From Torpedo marmorata (Eukaryota), in contig OZ360230.1 in assembly GCA_977017645.1 (NCBI GenBank), positions 93,248,001 through 93,312,000 of the forward strand: DNA of 64,000 bases, in the 5' to 3' direction. The first letter of the stretch is position 1. The number at the start of each line of letters is the position of its first letter. The position numbers and the translations under genes are program-made. Under the pieces are notes generated by a model. The model did no database searches. It saw only the letters and a list, made by a program, of their open reading frames with translations, and was not told where the DNA came from. Of this stretch, positions 24,162 to 37,241 are shown piece by piece.

Positions 24162-26048
24162 CATCTGCATTGTACGTTTTATGTCAGTGACCAATCTGAG
24201 CCCTCTTCCTTTGCTCTGTCCTGTTGCAATTAAATCATATTTTATACATTGCAATTGATAAAATGGATTAATTTATAATATTGTCAAAATATTGAAATAC
24301 AGGTGAAGCTACAAATATATACATTTCTGCTTGTGTAAATCAGAAGAAACTGTTGCAAAATTTATTGTATATAATTAGGAAATAAATGTCCTTACTCGTC
24401 ATGGTTGCCCAACGAAAGTTGATTTATTGCATGTTATGTTTTTTAAATCCTGAAATCTATTAGTGTTGAGTGTGATATGAAAATTGCTGAAGTTTTTTTT
24501 GTTATGCATCTTTTTCTTTTAAATATATTTGTAGCCATTTTACAGCTATTCAAGGTTTAAATTTAATACTGCTATCCTAAAATATTGTCACCAGTGAGTT
24601 CATCTGTTCTGAATGTAAATCTGTGGACCAGATAGTTACCTCTTATGATTCCATGTTACATAACTTTGGACGCTGACCTATCTTGCAATGATAATGTTTA
24701 TTGTCATATACATTGTACAATCCATATGTGCACCAAAATTCTTATTTGCTAAAGCCAAACAGGTACAGTACTTTGTTTTAAAAGAAAACTGCATTAGTCT
24801 ACTTAATTGAATTAAAAAGAGTCAATGCAAAAGATAATATTCAAATTATCGTAGTGCAAAAATAATGTGACTGCAGACAGTCCTTTGTGGTGTTGGAGCA
24901 GTCCATGATTTGTGTTACAAGGGGAGGTTCAAGAGTCGGATAGCTTTTGGGGGGAAAGAAAGCTATTCTTGAACCTAGAGGTAGTAGTCTTCAAGCTGTA
25001 CCTTCTGCCCAAAGCCATCAGTGAGAAGAGGATGTGACCAGGGATTTTCACAAGAAATTTGAAATTACTTCAACATTCCCCTGAATAGCCTTCCTTTTCA
25101 TTTCCCACCCACCCCCCCCCTCTCTCCCCGTTACCTAGACATGATAATTCAATGAAATTCTGCTTTATTTTCATCTGAACTTAATTTTCTACAAAAGCAG
25201 TATTTGAGGATAATTGTAATTCATATGTTGACCTATTTTAAAGATGACTTGTTACATCATCAGAGATTATTGTTGGAATTTGTCTCCTATCAAAGCAAGA
25301 TTGTGGAAAAAAAACTTTTAGTTAAATGTGGCAAAATATTAGAATAAATGGAACATATTATCTGTGCTTTGCTTGTTGTTCTGAATGCCCAATCAGGTGG
25401 AATTGAAACAAGTGCTTTTCAAACTTTGTGAGAAAATGTTGTACTCTCCTGGGTGCTGAAACTGAAAGGAAGTGTGACAGAAAACAAGTCTTTGCTTACA
25501 ATAACTGGAATAATTGAGAGGCCCAACGATACAAGGAGATACTTCAGAATATAGTCATGGCTTAATTGGGAGGTTCTGGTCTACATTATCATTTAAATTT
25601 TCAATAAAATTAAACCTGCTTGAGTCTGGTTTTAATTTCTAAAATCTTGTTTGTTTCAAATCAGTCATAAGTGTACTGGTTCTGCGGCCCCAAGGGTAGT
25701 GGTATTTGATGTAAACGGTGAGCAATAATGTTGGCCAAAGGTCCTTCACATGTTGGTTGCATTAATAGGAATTTAAAAACTCATCCTAATTTCATAACAA
25801 AGTTGTGGCTCTCAACAAGTGATTGTTTGCCACTGGATCTTATTTGAAAGAATTTATATTATATTAAACTTTTCACCTTTGTATAAGGAGGAATGAAAAA
25901 CAAACCCTTTTTCCCAAAGTTTACTGTTGACCAAATGTTTGTTTTATTTACAAAAATATAAAAGCGATAAGCCAATATATCTGAATTACTACTGACAATA
26001 TGAAAAATGCTGAATATATTTTCTATTACACAGCTCCTCAGAAAAACG

Positions 26049-26118
26049 ATGAACCCAGTCTATAGTTCAGGTGCTTCAGGAGTTCCATATGCAAATCCAA
26101 AAGGCATTGGATACCCAG
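26049..26118 (+). CDS. FAM168B: FAM168B coding exon 1 (MNPVYSSGASGVPYANPKGIGYP)
   Basis: ATG at 26049; translation matches the FAM168B N-terminus from recall (MNPVYSPGSSGVPYANAKGIGYP). Acceptor ttacacag ends at 26033; donor CAG|gtacac; 70 nt, phase 1. Confidence 0.96.
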
Positions 26119-26260
26119 GTACACTGAGTTTAATTTGCTAATTTACAAGAAAAAATGTTCAATTGTTATGGAATAAGGTGATGAAGAGAAGGAGTGAAGA
26201 TTAAAGATAAAATCAATATGAAGTCGAAAGAGCTGATATCTGACTGCAGAGCACAAAATT

Positions 26261-27085
26261 TCAGAATCAGAATTTATTGTCATGAACAAGTCACGAAATT
26301 CGGTGTTTTGCAGTAGCATCATAGTGCAAACATTCATATTATGTACCATCTTACAACAATAATATAAAAAATAAAAATAGTAATGCACGAAAAGTAAGGC
26401 AGTGTCTTTGGTTCATTGATTATTCAGGAATCTGATGGCAGCGGGGAAGAAGCTGTCCTTGTGCCGTTGAGTGCTCGTCTTTAGGCTCCTGTACCTTTTT
26501 CCCGATGGAAGCAGAGTGAAGAGGGCATGGCCTGGGTGGTGGGGGTCTTTGAGGATGAGGCTGCTTTTTTAAGACCACCTCATGTAGATGTCCTCGATGG
26601 AGTGGAGTCTGGTGCCTATGATGTCGCAGGCAGAGTTAACAACCCTCTGGAGTTTTTTCTTGTCCTGAGATTTGGCGCCTCCATACCAGACAGTGATGCA
26701 ACCAGCCAATATGCTCTCCACGGTACACCTGTAGAAGTTTCCGAGAGTCTTCGGTGACATACCGAATCTCCTCAAGCACCTCACAAAGTATAGCCGCTGG
26801 CGGGCCTTCTTCGTGATTGCATCAACATGGAGGCTCCAGGACAGATCCTCGTTATGTTGACACCCAGGAATTTGAAGGTCTTGACCCTCTCCACTACTGA
26901 GTCCTCGATGAGGACTGGGTCGTGTTCCCCTGACTCCCTCCTGAAGTCCACAATCATCTCCTTATTTTTGCTAACATTGAGCGCAAGGATGTTGTTGTGA
27001 CACCACTCAGAGTTGATCTATCTCCCTCCTGTACACTTCCTCATTGCCATTTGTGATTCTGCCGACAACTGTGGTGTCATCGGCA
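26261..27085 (-). mobile_element. Rex1/Babar LINE 3' fragment (second subfamily)
   Basis: ORF 26569..26784 (LRRFGMS...FYRCTVESILAGCITVWYG); tail ACAATAAATTCTGATTCTGA. Confidence 0.88.
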
Positions 27086-27496
27086 GAATCACAAATTTCA
27101 ATACCCTGTTGAAAAAACAGTGAATTTTATACATTAGAACAGTATAATTTTAGGGACTCCGTTAAATAAGATTAAAATGGATTGAAGTGTAATTTTGATT
27201 TGTAGCAATCTGTGGCTGTGTTTGTGACATGCTCTGTGAGTCAATGACTTATTTCCATTCTGCTTTCACTACATCTTGTCATCAGCAATGAGAATAGAAG
27301 TTAACAATTATTAAAGTGATTGGAGAGTAAGGCTGAAAATCATTTTTAAACCATTGCTTCGTAATGATTCTCAAAGAAGTTTTAATATTGTTTTACATTT
27401 AATATTTAAAATTTTGGTCTGTTTTTTATTTTTGGCTGTCACTCTTTTTAAAATTAATTTGGACTCATTTGAACACTTGATGTATTTTGAACAAAG

Positions 27497-27580
27497 CAGG
27501 TTTTCCAGTTGGCTATGCAGCAGCTGCTCCTGCCTTTTCTCCTACTGTGTATGCTGGTACTAACCCAGCCTTTCCAACAG
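27497..27580 (+). CDS. FAM168B: FAM168B coding exon 2 (AGFPVGYAAAAPAFSPTVYAGTNPAFPT)
   Basis: 84 nt, phase 1-1; acceptor aag| (alternative cag| 3 nt downstream); donor ACAG|gtatag; matches the FAM168B GFPxGYAAAAPA motif. Confidence 0.95.
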
Positions 27581-27702
27581 GTATAGTACCTTTTTAATTG
27601 TTATATGTAACTGATTAGAAAAAAAATAAATGTTTGCCGATATGGTTTTGTTGCTTTTAAAGAGTTGAGTGATAAGAAAGTGGTTATAAATAAAAAGGGG
27701 TA

Positions 27703-27870
27703 AAACACAAAAGTCTGCAGACACTGGTTGAAGTAAAAACGCAATGCTGGAGAAACTCAGCAGGTCAAACATTGGTTATGTATATCTTTGCTATATAAAG
27801 TACAATGTTTCGGGCTTGAGACCTTCATCAATGTATGACAAAATGTAGGCAGGCACCCAAACAAAAAAAA
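27703..27870 (-). mobile_element. Penelope terminal fragment
   Basis: AAAGTCTGCAGACAC...GCTGGAGAAACTCAGCAGG; reverse complement contains TTGATGAAGGTCTCAAGCCCGAAAC. Confidence 0.75.
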
Positions 27871-28956
27871 AGGTGGTTATAAATCTTTGGTTCATTTAAG
27901 GCCACAATGTAAATTTACATACCAATTCAGCTGGGAAATATCAGAGCTCCCTTTATTTTCCTTTAACATTTCACAATACCAAATATGGAAGGGCATAAGG
28001 GAAATCAAGAGCTTTGCCATAGAATTGTATGTTTTAATATGTTACACCTCATTCTTTAAGATCAATGAGTTTAGGACCAAGCTTTTCAACCCTTCTCATA
28101 AAACTTCACCCCAATAATCAATCGAGTGAACATTTTTCTGTGCTACCTTCAGTGCAAGTACATCCCTCCCAAAACTGGACTCTGTCCTTGTGTGATCTCA
28201 CCAAAGTCCTGTATTATTACAGCAAGGTTTCCCTGCTGTGAGCAGTTTTCCAGTTGTGTTACCATCAACTTGTGGTTCAGTTCAAGCAAGACCCTTGATG
28301 CATACTCCATCTCCATCATTCCAAAGCCCATCATTCCATTTGCCTTCCTATTCAGTTGCTACATGCATGCTAACTGTGTTTCTTGTAGAAGGACACCCAG
28401 ATTCCTGTTAGGCAGCAATTTGAATTAACTCCATTCAAAACAATATTCTGTTTCAATCAAAATAAATAGCCTCACACGTTACTATTTTATATGTGTCTGC
28501 CAATTGTTTTTTCAATCATTAACCTTTTCATTTGTAGACTGTCCTCCTTCTCACATTGCTTTCTATCAGCAATGCAATCGATCCCTTCATCTGTCATTGA
28601 TATAGCATGAGGTAAAATAAGAGCCCATCACTAATCTCTGTGGGGCCACACCCATCGAGCTACAACCCGCCATCCTGAAGAATTTTCAGACAGCAGAGAA
28701 GAAATTTTCAACCCATCTATCAAATATTCAAATTATAAATTTGCAGACCATTTTTTGAAGATCAGTCGTAAACCCACATGAGAGATTATTTATGTTGTCT
28801 TACATTTGGGAGATTTAAGACGAAAATCATTTCATAACTAATTTTTGGTATTGTTTTTATTCTGAGTTTTTATTCAAATTGGTGAAATTGGAATTACTTT
28901 CTTCATGGCTATCATTAGGCTTATACTGTATATGGCCCTTTTCACTAAAACCAGTG

Positions 28957-29130
28957 GAGTGAAACAAGAAAGGCTGCAGACACTGTGACTCAGCAGGTCC
29001 CGCAGCATCCAAAGGAAGCAAAGATATATAACCAATATTTCGGGTCTAAGCCTTTAAGGATTTTACATCTTTGCCTCCTACAGACACTGTGGGAAGTGCT
29101 GAGTTTCTCCAGCAATTTTATGTATTTATT
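28957..29130. mobile_element. Inverted (palindromic) Penelope terminal remnant
   Basis: A Penelope end on the minus strand joined to one on the plus strand (ACTCAGCAGG ... GCTGAGTTTCTCCAGC). Confidence 0.65.
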
Positions 29131-29279
29131 TGCACTAAAAACAAAGTTTGCTTTTTATAGAACAAGAAATTGAGAACTCATTCTCTCTATACCTCCACCA
29201 TTTTGCATCATTTTGGAATGAGTTGTGCATCCCTTTTTAGTGGTTGTTCTGACATTCTTGGATTATGCTTTTATTTCAG

Positions 29280-29422
29280 GTTATACGCCAGGCACACCTT
29301 ATAAAGTTTCGTGTTCTCCAACCAGTGGAGCTGTACCACCATACTCCTCCTCTCCCAACCCATACCAGGCAGCTGTATATCCAGTTCGAAGTGCCTATCC
29401 ACAACAGAATCCTTATGCACAG
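29280..29422 (+). CDS. FAM168B: FAM168B coding exon 3 ([48 protein letters not shown])
   Basis: 143 nt; acceptor ttttatttcag|, donor CAG|gttaga; nearly identical to the vertebrate FAM168B peptide; visible inside ORF 29225..29470. Confidence 0.97.
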
Positions 29423-30405
29423 GTTAGAAACAGGGAATTTAGTTTCACAAACTTATTAGAAATCATATGATTTTAAAAGTCAAATATACTTTTTGAGGTT
29501 GTGCTGTTCCCTTCAAAGTGGCTGGTAAAATCTTCAATTATTGATTGGACCAAATATTTTGCTACTGAACTCTCAAAATGCAAACCACTTTGTACTTGGT
29601 ATTGCAGAAACCCTTGAATTTGAACCATATCAATATTGGCCAAAGATGTTTATTTTCAGATGCACTAGCATCAAGTGAATTATCACAGAATTTTGCAATA
29701 ACTTGTGCCTCTCAGATTAATGGTGGTTCTAACATTTTTTGATTCTGCCTTTTCTGGTTATACATCAGGCACTATTCTTTGAAACATTTTTCCACCCACT
29801 CTTGCTTTATAAAAATTCAGAAATCCAGAATATTTAATCTGTAAATTCAGTTCTTGCACATTGCTAGGCTTACATCATGGGTTTCCATCTATAAATGACT
29901 TCTATTTTAAATGTGCATCATCAAAATTTATGATGCCAAATTATATGCCTTAAGTGAAGTATTTACAAATGCAGACTGTGGGGTCAGTACATTTTATACA
30001 ATATTGTGTATTGTCAATGTTGAGTGATTAGCTAACATTTTATTCAAAATGTTCCAAGATGGAGCCTAGTGTGGGTCATATGGTTGAAGGCAGAGAATGT
30101 ATTTTATTTAATTAATTTGCTGTAAGATGATTGAATTATATCAGAAATGTTACATTTCTCAATGGGGTATGATGTAGAAATTTATGCAGTGATGTCCCAG
30201 GAAAAAAAAATCACTGAGATAATATTAATCCAATCATGAGTTAATGATGGTCTAATTTAGAACAGACATTAAATATGACTCCTATCCCAACAGATGAATT
30301 GAAGGATACCCTCAATTACTGGGCTTTTTTCAAGAAATCTACCTTGTTAGTAGAATTTCTATATAGAATGAAGGGGGACTGGAGACTAATAGTTAAGAAC
30401 ATATA

Positions 30406-31182
30406 CCGTATATACTCGTGTAATCGTTGTATTTTTTGGACCAATTTTTCGGGTCAAATTTGGGGGGGGTCGACTTTTACACGCTGTAAGTACCTGCATC
30501 GTTCAAGACGTCGGGAGCTCGGAAGGCCGGGAACTGGTGGTGCGTACGCGTTCGGGGCATCGGGAGCACAGATGGGTGGACGAGGCCTTGGAGAGAGTCT
30601 GTGGCCGGGGCGTCGGGAGCACAGATGGGCGGTCAGGGCCTAGGAGAGAGTCTGTGGCTGGGGTGTTGGGAGCTCAGATGGGTGGGCGGCCGGGGTGAGG
30701 GTCCGTGGTCGGGGCATCGGGAGCTCCAGTGGGCGGACGGCCGGGGCGAGGATCCGCGGTCGGGGCATCAGGAGCTGCTGTGGGCGGGCGGCCGTGGCGT
30801 CGGGAGCTCCAGTGGGCGGACGGCCGGGGCGTCGGGAGCTCCAGTGGGCGGACGGCCGGGGCAAGGATCCGCGGACGGGGCGTCGGGAGCTCCAGTGGGC
30901 GGGCGGCCGGGGCGAGGATCCGCGGTCAGGGAGTCGGGAGCTGCTGTGGGCGGGCAGCCGGGGCGAGGATCTGCGGACGGGGCTTCGAGAGCTTCGGCAG
31001 GCAGGTGGCCGGGGCGAGGATCCGCAGTCGGGGCGTTGGGAGCTCGGATGGGCGGTCAGTCGGGGCCAAAAAAGGGGGGTTGACTTTCACACGGGTCATA
31101 CGAAAAGGCACGATTTTTGCCCCAAAATAGGGGGGGGGGGTCGACTATTACACGGTATTGACGATTACATGAGTATATATGG
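30406..31182 (+). mobile_element. Tc1/mariner MITE, family A copy 2, with expanded ~53-bp internal tandem repeat
   Basis: TA|ccgtatatactcgtgtaatcgt ... acgattacatgagtatatatgg|TA; internal units GTCGGGAGCTCCAGTGGGCGGACGGCCGGGGCGAGGATCCGCGG. Confidence 0.88.
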
Positions 31183-31741
31183 TAGATTTGGTTTTAGCTT
31201 GGATAGAAAGTGTGTATCAGATAATAGACCTCGTGCTCCTCAAGTTGATGTGCAGGAGCCTGATTCAGAATACTGTATCTCTCTTCTTTGAATGATTGCT
31301 TTTGCCCCAATCCTTAAGTTAATTGATGTTGTGCTGGGATGGAAATCAGAGTTAAGAAAAGTGCTGTTGTTATGCTTGTACACTTATAGCTTTGCAATAA
31401 GCAACTGCTGTGACCAAGGCATTTCTCTGCTATCAGAATTAAGAATTCATGCTAATGGTTATGGATTGACAGAATGCAAAGTTGGGGAAAGTCAACATGT
31501 TAGTTCAAACTATATCACCTTACTATAATCAAATTACTTTTAATCTGGAGTAATAAAACGTAACCAAAATATGGCATTAAATGTGGATTACAGAAAAAAT
31601 ATACAAGAAATGTTGAACCTTCAAAACATTTGTCGCAGTCTTTCAATCCTGAAATCCAGTTCCACAATAATGACTAGTTAAATGTGGTAACCGTGATCAT
31701 TGAAATCAGATTTAGAATTGTATCTGTATTTAGAATTGTAT

Positions 31742-31990
31742 GGGCGGCAAGGTTGGCGTAGCGGTTAGCGCAACACCTTTACAGCGCCAGCGATCGGGAC
31801 CGGGGTTCAAATCCCACGCTGTCTGTAAGGAGTTTGTACGTTCTCCCCGTGTCTGCGTGGGTTTTCCCCGGGGGCTCCGGTTTCCTCCCACTGTTCGAAA
31901 CGTACTGAGAGTGTAGGTTAATTGGGTGTAAATTGGATGGCACGGGTTCGTGGGCCGAAATGGCCTGTTACCGTGCTGTATGTCTAAATT
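31742..31990 (+). mobile_element. V-SINE (HE1-like)
   Basis: Same structure; intact B-box GGTTCAAATCC. Confidence 0.9.
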
Positions 31991-32339
31991 TTTTTTAAAT
32001 GTCTACATTTAAATTTAAAATTTTTTTAAATTTTGCAACTGTAAATTATTTTGCCATTGAACGTATTGGAAGATGTTCTATTTTTTTTTCTGTTGCCAAA
32101 GAACCAAACCACTCTTAAGATGCAGTCCAAGTAACCTAAAATCAAGGCTTAATCAATGGGATTTCATTGAAATCTTGTATTTGCAATAAAATAGGATAAA
32201 CAAGGTAAGATTGATAAGACCAGAAAATACACAAAATGGGCCCTGTTCAAATCATGTTGTCTTCCCCTTCTACATTACTCATTCAAACCAAATGAAAACA
32301 AGTATATCTACCGCAAAATTGCAAATTGTAGATATTTGC

Positions 32340-33200
32340 CCCAGACTCGTCCATTTATCCTTGCCTTCCACCCAGCCACATTCAACAAAATATCTTGTGT
32401 AATTTCTGACACCTGCAGCATGATTCCATTAACAGATGTATCTCTCCTCCCCATTCAGCATTCTGGAAGGGTAATTTTGTCTCTTGCATTCTAGTTCACT
32501 TTTCCAACTCTACTAATACATATTCTTCACAGTATAATTGCAGGAGATATAATGTCTTACCACCTCCTCTACTATCATCTGGAGCACCATACTGTTTTAA
32601 GATGAAACAGCTATTGGTTTTTCTAGTTTAATCCATTGCATTTATAGTTTACAATGTTGTCTCCTTGAAATGGGAAGAATATGCAGATCGGATAAACACT
32701 GCACAACACCTCCATTCAGTCCACTAGTATGATCCTGAGCTACCAAGTTGCTTGCCAGTTTAATTCTCTAACCTGCTTCCACTCTGACCTCCAAATTTGC
32801 TTGGACAAGGTTGAGGAACAACGAAGCAGCTTGCACCTGGAATCATGACAACATTCTGTGCTCAGCACAGAGTTCGGTAATTTTAGATCATCAGAATTCT
32901 TAGCCTTTACCGTAAGTTTCATATTTCCACCAATTGCTCTTTTTTTCCTCCTGGTGACTTCAGATATTTATTTATCTGTCCAGTTTACAAGTCTCCCTAA
33001 CCCATCTATTGTTATGATCCTTAAAACCTCGTCCACCTTTTGTTATTTAATTTCTTTTGCTTCATCTATATCTCTCTAACCTTTCTTTCCATCTCAAAAC
33101 ATGTTTTACCTGTGATTTTTCTCAGTTCTAATGCAGTCATTGACCTGAATCTCTGATTTTCTCTGCATGAATGCTGCCTGGCCTATTGGATATTTAAAGC
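32340..33200 (+). mobile_element. Older degraded Penelope fragment
   Basis: Diverged similarity to the GIY-YIG and 3' end of the other Penelope copies. Confidence 0.55.
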
Positions 33201-33471
33201 ATTCTCCATTTTTTAATATTTACTGAGATGTTTTTCGAGTTGAAGCTTTTACTTGAGCAGTTTGTGGTTACAGACGTTGAAAATTCATGCAATAATATGT
33301 TTTTGTTAGCCTGTCCCCAGTGTAAAATTTCAACTACTTTTGTGGTTCTAGGATATTTGTATTATATAGTAGAACTTGAATTTTAAGATGCAAATCATGT
33401 GTTCTACAAATGTCCTAATTTACCTCTCCAATTGTCCCTCAACAGTATCTTACATTTTTCTTTTTAAATAG

Positions 33472-33649
33472 CAAGGCACTTACTACACACAGCCACTATA
33501 TGCAGCACCACCGCATGTAATTCATCATACCACAGTTGTCCAGCCGAATGGAATGCCCGCTGCCATGTACCCCCAACCAATTCCATCACCCAGAGCAAAT
33601 GGTGTTGCCATGGGAATGGTAGCCGGGACCACTATGGCAATGTCAGCAG
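33472..33649 (+). CDS. FAM168B: FAM168B coding exon 4 ([27 protein letters not shown]...[12 protein letters not shown])
   Basis: 178 nt; acceptor tttttaaatag|, donor CAG|gtgggt; contains the FAM168 hallmark [17 protein letters not shown]. Confidence 0.97.
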
Positions 33650-34284
33650 GTGGGTTTCAATTCTTTTGAGACCAATGTTTTGAATTTAGCTGTCTGTCTA
33701 ATGCAAATGGAGTAAAGTGGAAAGGGAAGTGTTAAAAGGGAAGTGAGTCAGGCAATTCAATATTTCAAATTGTTCACAGGACATTACATTTTAAAAGAAA
33801 GTAAAGCATGATATTAGTCAATGGTTGTGCATTTCTTAAATCTTAAATATTTCAAATTATTAACAGAATATTACATTTTAAAAGAAAGCAAAGAAGCATG
33901 ATATTAGTTCATTGTTGTGCCAGAACATTGAATGTCTATTCATAGATGTAACATTGCTCTGTTTTGTTTTAGAAGTTTTGAATTGAATGAAATATTACTA
34001 AATTTGACTTGCAAGCTCTCAATTTCATGTCTAATTTCCAATTATTCCATGTTTTTAGTTCCATCCAGTCATTTCTGTCCCACTAAGTTCCAGTAACAAC
34101 CTTGGTCATACTCTGACATTGCATACAAGGCAAACTATTACTCCATTGTCTGTAACCTTTGACACAATTGATCCAGACTATTTCCCTCCCAAACCTGTTT
34201 TTTCTACAACTTCTCCCTCAACAGTATCTTTCATTTGTTGGGAATTCTCTTGTCTGGTTTAATTTTCGCACTCTAGTGAACATT

Positions 34285-36115
34285 GTATAGGAGATAATGT
34301 ACTAATGTGGACAGAAAAGTGGTTGGCAAGCAGGAAACAGAGACATAAATTAGTCCTTTTCAAACTGGCAAGCAGTGACTAGCGGGGTACCACAAGGTTC
34401 AGGGCTGGGACCTCAGCTATTTGCAATCTATATTGATCAACTAGATCAGGGGCGGGCAACCTTTTACCATGCGTGGGCCGGATGGTGTGTCAGTGGTTGA
34501 ACGGTGGGCCGTACTGATGCTACCATAAATGAAATAAATAAATAGATGGAATAAATAAATTGAATGAATACGATGATGCATTTCAGGTCAGGGAAGGCAT
34601 CTTCAAATCTGGAAATGCGCCAAAAATAACGAGTTAGTCATTAAAATGACACAATAAAAAAAAAACCATAAAAGTCGAAAAGGAGAAAAATTAGTCACAA
34701 TGAACACAAAATAACTAACCCCAAAACAGACAGCAGTGAGAGGGGGAGAATGTCACAGTGGAGAGCAGGAATATCACACAGAGAGGGTGAGCCTCACACA
34801 AAGAGGGGGGGCTCTCACGCAGAGAGAGGGGCGTGTCACAGAGAGAGGATGAGTCACACACAGAGAGAGAAAGTGACAGAGAGAGGCATTTACGCACAGA
34901 TAGGGGGAGCCACACACGAAGAGAGGGATTCACAGAGAGAGAGAGGGAGTCCAACCCAGGGAGAGGAAATGCAACACTCTGAGAGGGAGTCCAAAACAGA
35001 GAGGCAGATGATTGTAGAGAGACAAGGAGTCACACAGAGAGATGGTGTCATATACACACACAGAAAAAGTCTCACATACAGAAACAGGAAGTGAGAGAGA
35101 GAGGGGAGTACCACACAGAGATAAGTTGAAAGAGCGTTACAGAAAGAGGTGGTGTTGCAGAGAGAGAGAGAGGTGGATTCTCACAGACACGGGTCTCTCA
35201 CAGAAGAGATGGGTCTCACACAGAGGAGAAGGCTCTCACAGACAGCGGGATAATGTCACCGTGAGAGGGGGGAGAACGTCACAGGGGAGGGGGGTCTCGC
35301 GCAGAGTCGGGGGGGGTGTATCCACAACAGAGGGTGGGGGGGTCTCCAACGCACAGAGCAGGGGAGCCGTGCACCAAAGGTGGGAACCGCGCACAGGAGG
35401 GGGGGGGGGGAGCCGCGTACCGGGCCGGATAAATTTGGCCCGCCGACCGTAGGTTGCCCACCCCTGAACTACATGAAGAAATTTCATGAAATACTCTAAA
35501 TTTGCTGATGACCCTAAACTCGGTGGCAGTGCAAGCTGTGAGGAAGATTCCAAAGTTTGCTTGGAGAGATGAGAATACAGCAGATGCATTATATTGGAGA
35601 TAAATGTGAGGCTATCCACTTTGGAAATAATAAGAAGGCAAATTATCTGAAATTAGGAGAAGGGGAGGTGCAACGAGACCAGGATGTTGTGGTGCATCAG
35701 TTGTTGAAGGTTGGAATGCAGGTACAGGCTGTGTAGAAAGCCTGGGTTTATGCTCATTGAAATTTAGTAGAATAAGAGGGGATCTCATTGAGGCATGTAA
35801 AATTCTAATAGAACGAGATAGGTTAGATGCAGGAAGAATGTTCCTGATGTTGGGGAAGTCAAGAATAAGGGGTAAGTCATTTAGGTGTGAGATGAGGAGA
35901 AACCTTTTCACTCGATTTGTGAACTTGTGGAACTCCATTCCATAGAAAGTAATTGAGGCCAGTTTGTTATATATAAGGGAGTTGTGTGTGGTACTATTGG
36001 CTAAAGGGATTAAGGGGTATGGAGAGAAAGCAGGAATACGGTACTGAATGATGAGCCATGATTGTGTTAAATGATGGAGGAGGTTTGAAGGGCTGAATGG
36101 CCTTCTATTTTCTAT
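34285..36115 (+). mobile_element. CR1 fragment split by a hAT element
   Basis: GTGACTAGCGGGGTACCACAAGG before and TTTGCTGATGAC...IRGDLIEACKI after the hAT insertion. Confidence 0.8.
34447..35466. mobile_element. hAT (Charlie-like) non-autonomous element with GA/CA-rich internal low-complexity array, inserted in CR1
   Basis: TIR CAGGGGCGGGCAACC / GGTTGCCCACCCCTG; 8-bp TSD aactagat/aactacat. Confidence 0.88.
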
Positions 36116-37128
36116 TTTTAGTGGTAAGCCAAGAATTGCTTGCACACACACCTTTGAATTCTTCAAGGTATCTTTCCTGTTTCTCATCAGCAGAATCATC
36201 CAAAACACCCTGTGCTTTGTATGCTGAAAATGTTGTCCTTCCACCTCTCTTTAATCCTTCCTCGCATTGGTATCTGACATCCAGTGCTGGATAACTAGTA
36301 ATTTATGTTAACTAGATATTGTGAAAACCCCAAAGCCAATCGTTTTCCTTTACTCCTGATTCCATCCTCCATGGTAATAATTTGAAACTGAACCAAATAG
36401 TAGCAATATGGGTTTCGAACGACATATGCTTCCACTGCCTGACTCCTGTTGTGCCTCAGCTCACCAATTGCTGAATATTTTATCCATGCCTTTGTTACCT
36501 CAAGACCTCACTGATCCAGTACTCTGTGCCAACATCTTATCTCATACCTTGATAAATAAGAGCATCCAAGAACCTACCCATATCCCAACGTTTTCAATTT
36601 GCGGTCTGGTCTCCTTGTGTTTCTAATAGCAAATGGTAAGTGAACTGCTTGAGTTAACCTGCTAGGTTTCTATGCAATGTTTTTAATTCTGGTATTTTGA
36701 TGCAAGTCGTGCAGAGCAACCTATTTCTGGTACTAAAGCAGTTGGAAAGAAAACTGCAGTCAAGGATAGAGAATTGCTCACTATTCAAAAATTGAATTTT
36801 TGTTTTAATATATACAGTTGATTTGTGTTCAAATGACCTCATTTCCTTAAGATTTGGTTCTCTGTTTAAACACTAGCATTTTTCTACACTCAAATTAACC
36901 AACAATATATTGATGCAGTGCCCATTATGTTTGAATTTCATGGTGAGAAGGAGAATACAGGAATGATTTCTGTCATGTGCAATCGTTATTTAGCTTTCCA
37001 TATTTATTTGGAGCTGAATACCTGAATTCAATGCCTGAATACAATAGGATTGTAGATCCTTTGTCTTCTATCTTTTGGTGTTAATTAAATGTGACTGAGA
37101 TTTAACTTTCTTAAATTCTTCTTTGCAG

Positions 37129-37241
37129 GCACTTTGTTGACTACCCATTCTCCAACGGCAGTAGCTCCTCATCCTGTTTCCATGCCTGCTTATAGGACTC
37201 CAGGAACACCGACTTACAACTATGTGCCCTCGCAGTGGTGA
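37129..37241 (+). CDS. FAM168B: FAM168B coding exon 5 ([37 protein letters not shown])
   Basis: 113 nt to TGA 37239-37241; acceptor ctttgcag|. The spliced CDS totals 588 nt = 195 aa, the FAM168B length; it lacks the extra exon of FAM168A. Confidence 0.97.

Noticed and set aside
30690-31040. CRISPR-like regular repeats (also 49240-49772)
   Set aside because: Spacers are themselves repeats, there are no cas genes, and the context is eukaryotic.
26049-37241. FAM168A assignment
   Set aside because: The 195-aa length, GVPYANxKGIGYP and [13 protein letters not shown] fit FAM168B; no FAM168A-specific extra exon was seen.
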